Positions 45,484-55,483 of a stretch of DNA of 59,973 bases are shown one piece after another. This DNA is from Alphaproteobacteria bacterium (GTDB lineage Bacteria; Pseudomonadota; Alphaproteobacteria; GCA-2731375). The position numbers and the translations under genes were made by a program. The first letter of the stretch is position 1; each line of letters begins with the position of its first letter. Under the pieces are notes generated by a model, which did not search any database, was not told the DNA's origin, and saw only the letters and a program-made list of their open reading frames with translations. The stretch covers positions 1 through 59,973 of the forward strand of contig JAYGEA010000128.1 of assembly GCA_046582635.1 (NCBI GenBank). Direction: 5' to 3'.

Positions 45484-46740
45484 CTACTGCCGATTTGGTT
45501 GCGGCCGGTGCAGTTCCGGCAGGGTCTGTGAAAAGGTCTGCCGGCCCCGTTTAAAGCCGTACAGGGGCCGGGCGATGGTGGCGACGGCCTCGGCGGGGCT
45601 TTGAGCATTCCAGACCACCAGGTCGGCGGGTTTTCCGAGGCCAATGCCGTAGTTATCCCGGCGCAGCAATTTGGCCGAACGGTTGGTCAGCATCTCGAAA
45701 CAATCCGCCAGTTCGTCCTGGCCGCCGCGCTGGGCCACGTTGGCATACAGATTGGCGATGCGGATCAGGGAGCAATCGCCGAATGGCGTGAACGGGTTCA
45801 GCACATTGTTGGTGGAGAGCGAGCAGTTGACGCCGCAGGCCAGCAGGGCATTGGCGTCCGCCACCCCGCGCATGACGCTGTGGTCTTGATGCCGGCCCAT
45901 GACAAACAGATCCGTGGCCGGCAATACGGTGACGGCCACCCCGGTATCCGCCAGTCGCCGGCCCAACTCAGCCAGGGGACCCGGCGCCAGGGCGGAATAT
46001 TTGGTACCGTGGCCCACCGCCACCCGCCCGCCCCAGCCGTATTGTTCCGCCAGATCGCAGACCAGGTGGATGTCCATGTCATCCGTGGTCGGGCCCACGT
46101 CGAGGTGAATATCCACATCCACGTCGAAGTCCCGCGCCAATTCGAAAATGCGCCTGATCTGCCCGCCATGGTCCGGGTCATAGCCCGGCGCGCCGCCGAT
46201 CACCGTCGCGCCGTTCTTCAGGGCGGCCACCAGGTTGGCATCCGTCTCCGGTACATTCGTCAGGCCCTCCTGGGCGAAGACGCAGATTTCAATGTCGATC
46301 GCCCAGCGGTAGTCATCGGCCAGTTGCTTCAGCGCCTCGAACCCACGCAAGCCGCCATTGGGATCCAATTCGGCATGGGTGCGCATATGGCTGGCACCGT
46401 TGACCACGCATTGTTCCACCGTCGCCCGGGCCCGGGCATAGACGTCTTCCTGGGTGAAGCCCGGTTTGACGGCGGAAACCCTGTCCATGTGGTCGGTGCC
46501 CCGGTCGGGTGCCGCCGTGCAGCGGTCCATGATACGGGATTTATCCAGATGGATATGGGTCTCGATCAGGCCGGACGACGCGAGGCGGCCGCCCACGTCA
46601 CGCTCTTCGCCCGATCCCGCACCCGACAGATCGGTTTCGATGGCGGCGATGGTCTCGCCCTGAATGCCGATATCCATCAGGGGCGTATCGGGTGCCGTGC
46701 CTGCAATACGGGCATTGCGCAAAATCAGATCGAAAGTCAT
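45484..46740 (-). CDS. Cytosine deaminase-like amidohydrolase
   Basis: ETHIHLDK, RTH, FAQEG, DIHLD, GH, NNVLNPFTPFG. Confidence 0.88.
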   Translation of the reverse strand: MTFDLILRNARIAGTAPDTPLMDIGIQGETIAAIETDLSGAGSGEERDVGGRLASSGLIETHIHLDKSRIMDRCTAAPDRGTDHMDRVSAVKPGFTQEDVYARARATVEQCVVNGASHMRTHAELDPNGGLRGFEALKQLADDYRWAIDIEICVFAQEGLTNVPETDANLVAALKNGATVIGGAPGYDPDHGGQIRRIFELARDFDVDVDIHLDVGPTTDDMDIHLVCDLAEQYGWGGRVAVGHGTKYSALAPGPLAELGRRLADTGVAVTVLPATDLFVMGRHQDHSVMRGVADANALLACGVNCSLSTNNVLNPFTPFGDCSLIRIANLYANVAQRGGQDELADCFEMLTNRSAKLLRRDNYGIGLGKPADLVVWNAQSPAEAVATIARPLYGFKRGRQTFSQTLPELHRPQPNRQ

Positions 46741-46825
46741 GCGGTCTCCAGGAATGGCGGCGGGTGACGTTGCGCCAATGATAGCTTAGCTTGTTGCCGC
46801 CCGCCATCGAGAAGGATTTCGCGCC

Positions 46826-48781
46826 ATGTCCGCTTACCCGCATCTGTTTTCGCCTCTGCAAATCGGTACCCGACGGGTGCGTAACAGGGTCGCCGTGCCG
46901 GCCACCTTGACGAATTTTGGTCAGGGCAACCGGATCACGGAGAAGTGGCAAAACTATCTCATCGAACGGGCCAAGGGCGGCGCCGGTTTGATCGTCTCGG
47001 AAATTATCGCGGTGGATGCCGAGGCCATAGCCCATGGCGCCGTGGTCACGGGATTCGACGACCGGAATGACGACGGGTTTACCCAGGTCGCCGCCGCCGT
47101 GCACGGGGCGGGCGCCTTGCTGGTGGGGCAGCTGTGGCATCCGGGCCGCCAGCAATTGTGGCACCCGACCAAATCCCCCATGGGCGTCTCGGACCAACCA
47201 GACGCCTTGAGCTGGACCGTGCCCCACGTGATGTCGGTGGGCGAGGTCGGCCGCGTTGCCGCCGCCTATGTGGCCGTGGCGGAACGCCTGGCGCGGTGCG
47301 GCTTTGCGGGGGTGGAGCTGCATGGGGCTCATGGCTATCTGATCGGGCAGTTCCTCTCCCCGTGGTCGAATACCAGGGATGACGATTATGGCGGCGGTAT
47401 CGAGGGGCGGACCCGCTTCGCGCTCGATGTCGCCCGGGGCATTCGCGCGGCCTGCGGCGCGGACTTCATCATCGGCCTGAAAATGCCCGGCGATGAAGGG
47501 GTGGAGGGCGGCATTGATCCGGACGAAGCGGCCCGCCTGACCAAGCGTTTGGCCGGGACCGGCGATTTCGACTATTTCGCCCATGGCCAGGGGAATTTTT
47601 CTCTCTCCCTGGAAACCCATGTGCCCGATCTGCATTTTCGGCCCGGACATTTCAAGGATATTGCCAAACGCATGCGCCAGGCCGCGGGCGGTATTCCGGT
47701 CATGGCCCTGGGCCGGATTGGTGAACCGGACCTGGCCGAGGAGATCATCGCTGAAGGTTATGGCGATCTGGTCGGCATGACGCGGGCCCATATCGCCGAT
47801 GCCGCCTGGGCCCGCAAGGCGGCCGCCGGGCTGGCGGCGGAGATACGGCCATCGGTCTTCGACAATTGGGCCTGGGGCGAAATTCATGGCGGCAAACCCC
47901 TGGCGGAACATCACAACCCCTATCTGGGCCAGGCGGGCGAGGCGGATGCCCATCCCGCCTCTCAGCAAGCGCCCGCGCCGAAGACCATCGCCGTGGTCGG
48001 GGCCGGCCCGGCGGGCCTGGAAGCGGCCTGGGTCGCCGCCGCGCGGGGTCACCGGGTCACTCTGTTTGGGGCATCGGCGGCGGTCGGGGGTAAGTTGACC
48101 CTGGACAGCCAACTGCCGGGACGCTCGGAAATAGCCAAAATCATCGCCTACCAAACGCATATGGCGGCGCGGCACGGCGTCCATCTGATTTTAGGCCATA
48201 GGGCGGGCGTGGACGATATCCTGGCCATAAAGCCCGATGCCATCGTCCTGGCGACGGGCGGCACCCTGCGCCGGCCCATGGATCTGGCCATGAATCTGGC
48301 CGGCGATGCGGACCAGGTGATGGACGGCCAGCGTTACATCCAGGCGCCAACCAAAGGCGGCGCAGCTGTCCTGTTCGATCAGGATCACGGCCCCACGGTG
48401 TACGGCCTGGCCGATCTCATGGCGCGGCAATTTGAAAAATTGGTGCTCGTCACCCCGCGTCCCGGTATCGGCCAAAACGTGAATTACTGCAGCGCCATTG
48501 GCGTGCATCGCCGGCTGCACCAGGCCGGTGTCGAGATATTGCCGTCCCATAATTTGACCGACTTTCGCGATGCCCGCGTGACATTGCGCAATGTCTTTAC
48601 CGGTGGGGATAAAATACTCGAAAATATCGACCAGGTGGTTTTCGCCACGCCGCGCCTGGCCAACGATGCCCTGGCGGACAAGTTTGGCGACATTCCGGTG
48701 CATGCCATTGGCGACTGCCACTCGCCCCGCAACCTGATGGCGGCCATTCACGGCGGCCATATTGTCGGTGCGGCGTTATAG
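46826..48781 (+). CDS. NADH:flavin oxidoreductase (OYE TIM barrel + FAD/NAD domain; TMADH/DCR-like) lacking Fe-S cysteines
   Basis: RAKGGAGLI, QLWHPGR, ELHGAHGYL..QFLSP..N.R.D.YGG, GAGPAGLEAA, IGDC. Confidence 0.88.
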   Translation: MSAYPHLFSPLQIGTRRVRNRVAVPATLTNFGQGNRITEKWQNYLIERAKGGAGLIVSEIIAVDAEAIAHGAVVTGFDDRNDDGFTQVAAAVHGAGALLVGQLWHPGRQQLWHPTKSPMGVSDQPDALSWTVPHVMSVGEVGRVAAAYVAVAERLARCGFAGVELHGAHGYLIGQFLSPWSNTRDDDYGGGIEGRTRFALDVARGIRAACGADFIIGLKMPGDEGVEGGIDPDEAARLTKRLAGTGDFDYFAHGQGNFSLSLETHVPDLHFRPGHFKDIAKRMRQAAGGIPVMALGRIGEPDLAEEIIAEGYGDLVGMTRAHIADAAWARKAAAGLAAEIRPSVFDNWAWGEIHGGKPLAEHHNPYLGQAGEADAHPASQQAPAPKTIAVVGAGPAGLEAAWVAAARGHRVTLFGASAAVGGKLTLDSQLPGRSEIAKIIAYQTHMAARHGVHLILGHRAGVDDILAIKPDAIVLATGGTLRRPMDLAMNLAGDADQVMDGQRYIQAPTKGGAAVLFDQDHGPTVYGLADLMARQFEKLVLVTPRPGIGQNVNYCSAIGVHRRLHQAGVEILPSHNLTDFRDARVTLRNVFTGGDKILENIDQVVFATPRLANDALADKFGDIPVHAIGDCHSPRNLMAAIHGGHIVGAAL

Positions 48782-48823
48782 CGTGCTAGGTTAAGGAAAC
48801 AGAAAAACAGAGAGGAAACGAAG

Positions 48824-49588
48824 ATGGGCAGACTGGATGGCAAGGTGGCGGTGATCACCGGCGCGGGTTCGGGTATCGCGCGGGCGGCGGCCAGCATTTT
48901 CACGCGGGAAGGCGCCCAGGTGGTGGTGGCCGAGATCAATCCCGAACTGGGTGCGGCGGCGGCGTTGGAGGCGGGCAACAACGCCTTGTTCGTGCCCACG
49001 GATGTCACCGATGAAGACAGCGTCAAGGACACCATGGCCCAAGCGGTGGAACATTTCGGCGGCCTGCATATCCTGTTCAATTGCGCCGGCGGCTCGGTAA
49101 TTGAAGACGCGCGGGTCACGGACGTGGACATGGCGGTTTGGGAACGCACCATTCCCCTTGATCTGAAGGGGCCGTTTCTGTGCAGCCGCTTTGGCATTCC
49201 CCACCTCATCGCCAGCGGCGGCGGGGCGGTGGTCAACGTATCCTCCGTCGTGGCCTTGCGCGGCAATCATCCCGCCCACGTCTATTCCGCGGCCAAGGGC
49301 GGCCTGATCTCGTTCACCCGTAGCCTGGCCGGCGCCTATGCCGATGAGGGCGTGCGCGCCAATGTGATCTGCCCGGGCCTGATCAAGACCGACCGCGTCA
49401 AGGCACGCTATGTGGCGCGCAAGCCGTCGGAAGATCGCAAGGGCACGGTGGGCACTTTTGAAAGCTATCCCTTCGGCGTGGGCGAGCCCGAAGATATCGC
49501 CAACATCGCCCTGTTCCTGGCCTCGGATGAATCGCGCATGGTCAACGGCGCCGTGATCCCGGCCGAAGGTGGAATTTCGGCCTATTAA
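48824..49588 (+). CDS. Short-chain dehydrogenase/reductase
   Basis: TGAGSGIA, NCAG, YSAAK, RANVICPG. Confidence 0.9.
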   Translation: MGRLDGKVAVITGAGSGIARAAASIFTREGAQVVVAEINPELGAAAALEAGNNALFVPTDVTDEDSVKDTMAQAVEHFGGLHILFNCAGGSVIEDARVTDVDMAVWERTIPLDLKGPFLCSRFGIPHLIASGGGAVVNVSSVVALRGNHPAHVYSAAKGGLISFTRSLAGAYADEGVRANVICPGLIKTDRVKARYVARKPSEDRKGTVGTFESYPFGVGEPEDIANIALFLASDESRMVNGAVIPAEGGISAY

Positions 49589-49611
49589 GCTTATCAAAGG
49601 GGAGTGCGCAA

Positions 49612-50847
49612 ATGCTGTTCAATCGTCAACGGGCCGAAACGATCATGGCCCGCCATGGCCTGGATGCCCTGGTGGCCGCCTCGCCCGACAATGTTCTCTA
49701 CGCCACCGATTACGAGTGCGTGACCCACTGGCTCAACAAGGGATTTCAGCTCTATTCCCTGTTCTCGCCGGGGCACGATCCCGTGGCCTCGCTGATCGCG
49801 CCCGAATTGGAGCTGGACGCCATCGTCGACGGCGATGTCTGGGTCGAGGATGTGTATCTGTTCTCCCCTTTTGCCCGGGGCCCGGCGCAATTGGATGCCA
49901 TGGACCAAACCGGGCGGGCCGCCAAGGCCTTGGTGGAGCGGGCCCATCCCGTGGCCCGGGCCCTGGACGGCCTGGTTGCCGCGATCGAGAGCCGGGGCCT
50001 GGAGGGGGGCCGCATCGGCGTTGATGAAAGCGGCATCTCGCCCCTGTTCTGGTGGGAATTGCAGCAACGACTGCCCAACGTCGATATCGTCTATGCCAAT
50101 GCCATCTGGTGGGAAATCCGCATGGTGAAAACCGCTGCTGAAATCGAACGCCTGACCCGCGCCTCTGAAATAACCGAGGCTTCCATCAAGGCCGCCCTGC
50201 GCCTTGTCAAACCCGGCACCACGGAGCGGGAGGTGATCAATGCCTACCACAGCGAGATTACCGCGCGCGGTGGCCGCTCGACATTTTGCATCCTTGGCAG
50301 CGGCAGCCGCACGGCCCAGCCCCATGCCCTGGCCAGTAACAAGGTGATCGCGGATGGTGATCTGATCCGCTACGACATCGGTTGCACCTATGGCTATTAC
50401 CACGCCGACAATGCCCGGGCGATGGTGCTGGGGCCGCCCAGCGGCGAGCAGAACAGGATCTGGGAGGCCATGGCCGAGGGCGTCGATGGGGCGGTGGACC
50501 TGATGCGGCCCGGCGCCGATGTGCGCGATGTCTATCGGGCGGCCATGGCGCCGGGACAGCGTCTGGGTCTGGAAAATTTCGAACGTTTCCATTGTGGTCA
50601 CGGCATCGGTGTCAGCGTTTATGACCCCCCCGTAATTACCCTGGCCGATCCCGCCACCTCGGCCTTTTTGATGCCGGCCGTCGATGGCGGCCTGGAGGCG
50701 GGCATGACCTTCAGTATCGAGGTCGGATATTATATCCAAGGGGTCATGGGATTTCTCTGCGAGGACACGGTCGTGGTCACGGAAACGGGCGTTCGCCGCC
50801 TGACCGGTAATTCGAAGTCCCTGGATTTTGAAGCTTTTATTGCCTGA
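49612..50847 (+). CDS. M24 family peptidase (Xaa-Pro/creatinase-like)
   Basis: RMVKT..EI, YDIG, YHADNAR, HGIG, SIE, EDT metal ligands. Confidence 0.88.
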   Translation: MLFNRQRAETIMARHGLDALVAASPDNVLYATDYECVTHWLNKGFQLYSLFSPGHDPVASLIAPELELDAIVDGDVWVEDVYLFSPFARGPAQLDAMDQTGRAAKALVERAHPVARALDGLVAAIESRGLEGGRIGVDESGISPLFWWELQQRLPNVDIVYANAIWWEIRMVKTAAEIERLTRASEITEASIKAALRLVKPGTTEREVINAYHSEITARGGRSTFCILGSGSRTAQPHALASNKVIADGDLIRYDIGCTYGYYHADNARAMVLGPPSGEQNRIWEAMAEGVDGAVDLMRPGADVRDVYRAAMAPGQRLGLENFERFHCGHGIGVSVYDPPVITLADPATSAFLMPAVDGGLEAGMTFSIEVGYYIQGVMGFLCEDTVVVTETGVRRLTGNSKSLDFEAFIA

Positions 50848-50875
50848 GTAATTTTGAATAGGAAGTAGGTACGAG

Positions 50876-51736
50876 ATGTCACGCTGGAGCAACCGCCGTC
50901 GGAAATTTCGGGAAATCCTGGCAGGGGACGCCTGCGTCTATCCCGCCTCGGTCTATGATCCCATCTCGGTCCGTATTGCCGAACATATCGGTTATGAGAT
51001 GGGCATGTATGCCGGTTCCCTGGCTTCATTGGCGGTATTGGCGGCGCCCGACCTGATCCTGTTGACCCAGACCGAGTATGCCCAGCAGGCCCATCGCATG
51101 GGCCGGGCGGCGGAGTTGCCCCTGTTCGCGGACGCCGACCATGGCTATGGCAATGCCCTGAACGTCAAGCGGACGGTGGAGGAGTTGGAGTTCGCCGGTC
51201 TGGCCGGGTTGTCCATCGAGGATACCAACCTGCCCCAGCCCCACGGCAGCGGCGGCAAGGCGTCATTGTTGTCTATCGAGGAAGGCGTGGGTAAGATGCG
51301 GGCGGCGGTGGCGGGGCGGTCGGACCCGGACATGGTCATCGCCGGGCGCACAAGTGCCGCCGCATTGACCTCCATCGATGATGCCATCGCGCGGTCCAAG
51401 GCCTATGTGGTGGCGGGTGTTGACGCCATCTTTCTGGTCGGGGTGGCGAACCGGGAGGCCTTGGAAACCATCGCGGCGGAGATCAGCGTGCCGATCTTGC
51501 TGGGTGGCGGGGCCAGGGATATGCGCGATCCGGCCTGGCTGGCCAGCCAGGGCGTGCGCTTCCTGTTGCGGGGCCACCACATATTCTCGGCTTCCGTCCA
51601 GGCCATCCACGATACCATGCGGGCCCTGCGCGACGGCGTGGCGCCGGAAGATGTCACGGGAACGGCCTCGGGCGATCTTATGCGGGCCGTTACCAAGGCC
51701 GATGATTATGCCCGCCAGGGCAAGGAATGGCTGTAG
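50876..51736 (+). CDS. Oxaloacetate decarboxylase-like (isocitrate lyase/PEP mutase family)
   Basis: ASVYDP.S.RIA, GS.AS..VLAAPD, DADHGYGNALNV.RTV.ELE, IEDT.LP; lacks the KxCGH loop as in PA4872-type OAA decarboxylases. Confidence 0.8.
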   Translation: MSRWSNRRRKFREILAGDACVYPASVYDPISVRIAEHIGYEMGMYAGSLASLAVLAAPDLILLTQTEYAQQAHRMGRAAELPLFADADHGYGNALNVKRTVEELEFAGLAGLSIEDTNLPQPHGSGGKASLLSIEEGVGKMRAAVAGRSDPDMVIAGRTSAAALTSIDDAIARSKAYVVAGVDAIFLVGVANREALETIAAEISVPILLGGGARDMRDPAWLASQGVRFLLRGHHIFSASVQAIHDTMRALRDGVAPEDVTGTASGDLMRAVTKADDYARQGKEWL

Positions 51737-51764
51737 GGACGAGGCGCCGATGGAAGGTAATGCG

Positions 51765-52520
51765 ATGTCGAAACGGCTTGAAAACCAATCCGCCCTGGTG
51801 ACGGGCGGCGGTGCCGGGATTGGCCGGGCCATCGCCGTGCGGCTGGCCAGCGAAGGCGCCTGGGTGCTGGTGGCGGATATCAACGATGATGCGGCGGGCG
51901 GGACCGTGCGCCTGATCGGCGATGGGGCCTCCGCCATACATCTTGATGTGACCCAGCGCGCTTCGGTCGCGGCAATGGTGGCGGCGGCGGTCGAGCGCCA
52001 TGGACGACTGGATATTGCCGTCAGCAACGCCGGGATCATGGACTGCATGCCGTTCCTGGAGATGACCGACGAATTCTGGAACAAGGTGATCGGGCTAAAT
52101 CTTTCCGGTGCCTTCATGTGCGGCCAGGAAGCGGCCCGCCAAATGGCCGCCCAGGACGGCGGTGGCGGGCGCATCGTCTTCGTGGCCTCCAATTCCGGGC
52201 AATTCGGCGGCCGGGGCCGGGCCGCCTATGGCGCCTCCAAGGCCGGCCTGATGAACCTGACACAAAGCATGGCCATCGAATTAGCGGAGCATGATATTCG
52301 CGTCAATGCCGTCGGCCCCGGCCCGACAAAAACCCGTGACGAACAGGGCGATGTCCCGTCACCCTGCGTTATGTCCCGCATGCCCCTGGCGCGTTTCGGC
52401 CGGCCGGAGGAAGTCGCCGCCGTTGCCGCCTTTTTGGCTTCGGAAAACAGCAGCTTCGTCACCGGCCACACCTATTTCGCCGACGGCGGCTACACGGTCG
52501 CCGGGATGATGGAGGGCTAG
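51765..52520 (+). CDS. Short-chain dehydrogenase/reductase
   Basis: TGGGAGIG, NAG, YGASK, RVNAVGPG. Confidence 0.9.
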   Translation: MSKRLENQSALVTGGGAGIGRAIAVRLASEGAWVLVADINDDAAGGTVRLIGDGASAIHLDVTQRASVAAMVAAAVERHGRLDIAVSNAGIMDCMPFLEMTDEFWNKVIGLNLSGAFMCGQEAARQMAAQDGGGGRIVFVASNSGQFGGRGRAAYGASKAGLMNLTQSMAIELAEHDIRVNAVGPGPTKTRDEQGDVPSPCVMSRMPLARFGRPEEVAAVAAFLASENSSFVTGHTYFADGGYTVAGMMEG

Positions 52521-52573
52521 CCAATTGAGGCTATCAGCCCTATTTTGGGGCTCTGGATTTTAGGATGTTTATC

Positions 52574-53437
52574 ATGAATGCTCCCACTTCGAAACAGGAT
52601 GCCGTTCGGGCCGAATTGACGTTCATCGTACCCCAGGACGAAAAACCCTATTTTGAAAGTTCCGCCCTGACCGGCGAGCAGCCGAAGGTATTTTTCAAGA
52701 CCGAGGATCTGGTCGTCACGATCAATGATATGCGGCCCCTGGTCCATGAACTGTCGGTTGATCGCCACGGCTTTGAATTAATGACGTCCGCCACCGCCGT
52801 GGACGATCTGTATGATGACGAGGCCATTGCCGACATCTATGAAGCTGAGTTGATCGCGCTGTTGAAATCTCATCTGGGCGCGGACAGGGCGGCGGTGTTC
52901 GACTATACGCGGCGTTCCGACAGTAATGCGGGGGCGGCCAACGCGGATGGTTCGCGCGGTCCCGCCAGCCGGGTGCATGTGGATTACACGCCCAGGTCCG
53001 GGCCCCAGCGGGCCAAGGACTGTCTGGGTGCGGACCAGGTGGACCGAATACTGGGCAGCGGCGGCCGGATCTCGCAAATCAATGTCTGGCGGCCCATCAA
53101 CGGTCCCGTGCGGCGCACGCCCCTGGCCTTGGCCGATGCCTCCAGCGTGGCAGCACGTGAGCTGATCGCCACGGACCAAAGATTTCCCGACCGCACGGGC
53201 GAGATTTTTCAATTGGCCCATGGCGATGGCCAGCGCTGGTTCTGGGCGCCGGATATGGCGGATGATGAAGTGTTGTTGATCAAGGGGTGGGACAGCCTGG
53301 ATGATGGCCGGGCCCGCTTTACCCCCCATGGCGCCTTCAAGCTGCCGGGCCAGGACAACAATGAGGATAGCGGCGCGCCGCCGCGGGAGAGTATCGAGGC
53401 GCGCTGTTATCTTGTCTACGAAGCCAAAGCTGCATGA
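52574..53437 (+). CDS. CmcJ/NvfI (AsaB-like) family oxidoreductase
   Basis: HGFEL, VHVDYT, INVWRPI, PLAL.DA.S, HGAF, PRESIE.R. Start 52565 or 52574. Confidence 0.8.
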   Translation: MNAPTSKQDAVRAELTFIVPQDEKPYFESSALTGEQPKVFFKTEDLVVTINDMRPLVHELSVDRHGFELMTSATAVDDLYDDEAIADIYEAELIALLKSHLGADRAAVFDYTRRSDSNAGAANADGSRGPASRVHVDYTPRSGPQRAKDCLGADQVDRILGSGGRISQINVWRPINGPVRRTPLALADASSVAARELIATDQRFPDRTGEIFQLAHGDGQRWFWAPDMADDEVLLIKGWDSLDDGRARFTPHGAFKLPGQDNNEDSGAPPRESIEARCYLVYEAKAA

Positions 53438-54483
53438 ACACCAGCCGAAAATCGACCGTGATCTCCGCCCTGGACGTCAAGGCCAAGGCCCTGGAACTGG
53501 GCGCCGATCTGGTCGGCATCGCCTCGGCCAAGGTGCTGAACGCCTTTCCCCCCGACCCCCGTTATCCGCAAACCCCGGAGCGTATCTCGCCCCGGGTGAA
53601 AAGCGTCGTCGTCATCGTCCAGCATATTCCCGCCGCCGGCTTCCGCTGCAAGCAGATGGTGCCGGTGCAATACCTGGATATGATCGTCCTGCGCCGCATG
53701 GACAAGATCGCCGCCCGCATCGCCTACTGGCTGGAAGAACAGGGTCATCCCGCCTTTGTCACCGCCGCCCAGGAGACGGACTGGAACATGAAGAAAGCCA
53801 GCTACGGCTATCTCTCCACCCGGCATCTGGGTATAGAGGCGGGCTTGGGGAATTTCGGGCTGGAGGTCAATATCCTGACGCCCGAATACGGCCCCCGGGT
53901 TTATCTGACCGGCATTTTGACCGAGGTGGAGTTGGAAGCCGACGGCCCCATGGCGGAACAGGTCTGCATCGGCGAGGGCTGTTCGCGCTGCCTCTATTCC
54001 TGTCCCGGCGATGCGGTGGGGCATTTCGATATCGACAAGCCGGCCTGCGCCCAATTTGCCCAGGAATTCGGTTATATGACCGTCACCGCGATGATGCAGA
54101 AGTTCGCCAAGGCGGACCGGGCGGAGAAACTGGAAATGCTGCAATCCCGTGATCTATTTGGCTTCTGGCAGGGAATTTTGCGGGTCGTCGGCTCGTTCGG
54201 CGATTGTCCCCGCTGTCTGGCGGTCTGTCCCGTGGGTGTCGACTATCATGCCTTTTTGGCCGACGATCAAAAGCATATCCCGGAACAGACACCGGAAAAG
54301 GTGGCCCTGGGCAAGCGCTTCAAACAGGCCCGGGAGAGGGGCGATGATATTCCCGGCCTGAACGAATGGAATATCCGCTGGGTCGGCACGGATGGCTATA
54401 CGGGCAAGGCGGCGAAGAAAGTCCGGCAGGACTTTCGCGCCGAACAGAAACGCCTCATTGCCGATGCGGGCGAGGTAGAGTGA
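53434..54483 (+). CDS. QueG/reductive-dehalogenase-like 2x[4Fe-4S] protein (paralog 1)
   Basis: GADLVGIA, S.RH....AGLG..G....LTPEYGPR, C-x4-CxxCxxxCP...C...CxxCxxxCP (8 Cys). Confidence 0.75.
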   Translation: MNTSRKSTVISALDVKAKALELGADLVGIASAKVLNAFPPDPRYPQTPERISPRVKSVVVIVQHIPAAGFRCKQMVPVQYLDMIVLRRMDKIAARIAYWLEEQGHPAFVTAAQETDWNMKKASYGYLSTRHLGIEAGLGNFGLEVNILTPEYGPRVYLTGILTEVELEADGPMAEQVCIGEGCSRCLYSCPGDAVGHFDIDKPACAQFAQEFGYMTVTAMMQKFAKADRAEKLEMLQSRDLFGFWQGILRVVGSFGDCPRCLAVCPVGVDYHAFLADDQKHIPEQTPEKVALGKRFKQARERGDDIPGLNEWNIRWVGTDGYTGKAAKKVRQDFRAEQKRLIADAGEVE

Positions 54484-54484
54484 T

Positions 54485-55468
54485 ATGGATCCAATTTATC
54501 GTGCGCCCCTAACCGCCGAAGAGGTCAAGGCCAAGGCAAAGTCCTTTGGCGCCGATATCGCCGGTATCGCGGACGGCAAGGTCATGGATGAATTCCCCCC
54601 CGACCCCGACAATTCGCGCCGGCCGTCCGATGTTACCGAATATGACGGCGGCCGCGCCATTGTCTTGGGCAAGCGCCTGCTGTCGGGCCCGACCCGGTTG
54701 CCCCGCTGGGACGAGCGGCACAAATATTATAACGACGAGTTGACCCTGACCATGCTGGAGGAAGCGGCGCTGGAACTGGTGCTGTGGCTGGAAAGCCAGG
54801 GCTACCCCGCCCTGATCATCCCGCCCACCCATGTGGACCCCTGGCTCTATTTCGGCAAGCCGGCGCAGCATCTCGCCCCCTTGCTCTCGGCTTCCCACGC
54901 GGCTGTGGAGGCGGGCCTGGGCACCCTGGGCCTGAACGGCCAGCTCCTCACGCCGCAGTTCGGGCCGCGCCTGATGGTAACGATTGTGCTCTGTTCCCTG
55001 GATGTGGCGCCCGATCAGCGCATGACCGAACCGCTGTGCCACGGCCCCGAATGCGGGCGCTGTCTGTCGGCCTGCCCGGGCGATGTGATCGGCCATTGGG
55101 ATCGGGATTGGCAGGGCTGTGACCGCTATCGCTCTCCCCACGGCTTTAAGGCGGTTTCGGATTTCCTGACAAAGGTCTTGCAGGCTCCCGACAGTGATGC
55201 CCAGATGAAACTGGTGCGCTCGGAGGAAAGCTTCAACATCTGGCAAAGCACCCTGCGCGGTGCCGGCGTTGTCACCGGTTGCCGCCGCTGCCAGGACGTC
55301 TGTCCCGTGGGCGCCGATTATGCCGCCATGGTGGAAGATGCCCTGCACGAAATTGCCGAGGACACCCCCGAAAAACAGGCCCGGCTGGCGAAGATGGTGA
55401 AGGCCGAAAGTGACGGCAAGATGCCGGAATCATTCATCCGCGAGCGGCGCTGGATTGGCGAAGACTGA
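54485..55468 (+). CDS. QueG/reductive-dehalogenase-like 2x[4Fe-4S] protein (paralog 2)
   Basis: GADIAGIA, HAAVEAGLGTLG..LLTPQFGPR, CHGPECGRCLSACP...C...CRRCQDVCP. Confidence 0.75.
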   Translation: MDPIYRAPLTAEEVKAKAKSFGADIAGIADGKVMDEFPPDPDNSRRPSDVTEYDGGRAIVLGKRLLSGPTRLPRWDERHKYYNDELTLTMLEEAALELVLWLESQGYPALIIPPTHVDPWLYFGKPAQHLAPLLSASHAAVEAGLGTLGLNGQLLTPQFGPRLMVTIVLCSLDVAPDQRMTEPLCHGPECGRCLSACPGDVIGHWDRDWQGCDRYRSPHGFKAVSDFLTKVLQAPDSDAQMKLVRSEESFNIWQSTLRGAGVVTGCRRCQDVCPVGADYAAMVEDALHEIAEDTPEKQARLAKMVKAESDGKMPESFIRERRWIGED

Positions 55469-55483
55469 TATTGTCGGTCAAGG

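Noticed and set aside
48278-48301. 12-bp in-frame near-tandem duplication (MDLA MNLA) in the OYE gene
   Set aside because: Frame-preserving micro-duplication in a probable loop; no evident function.
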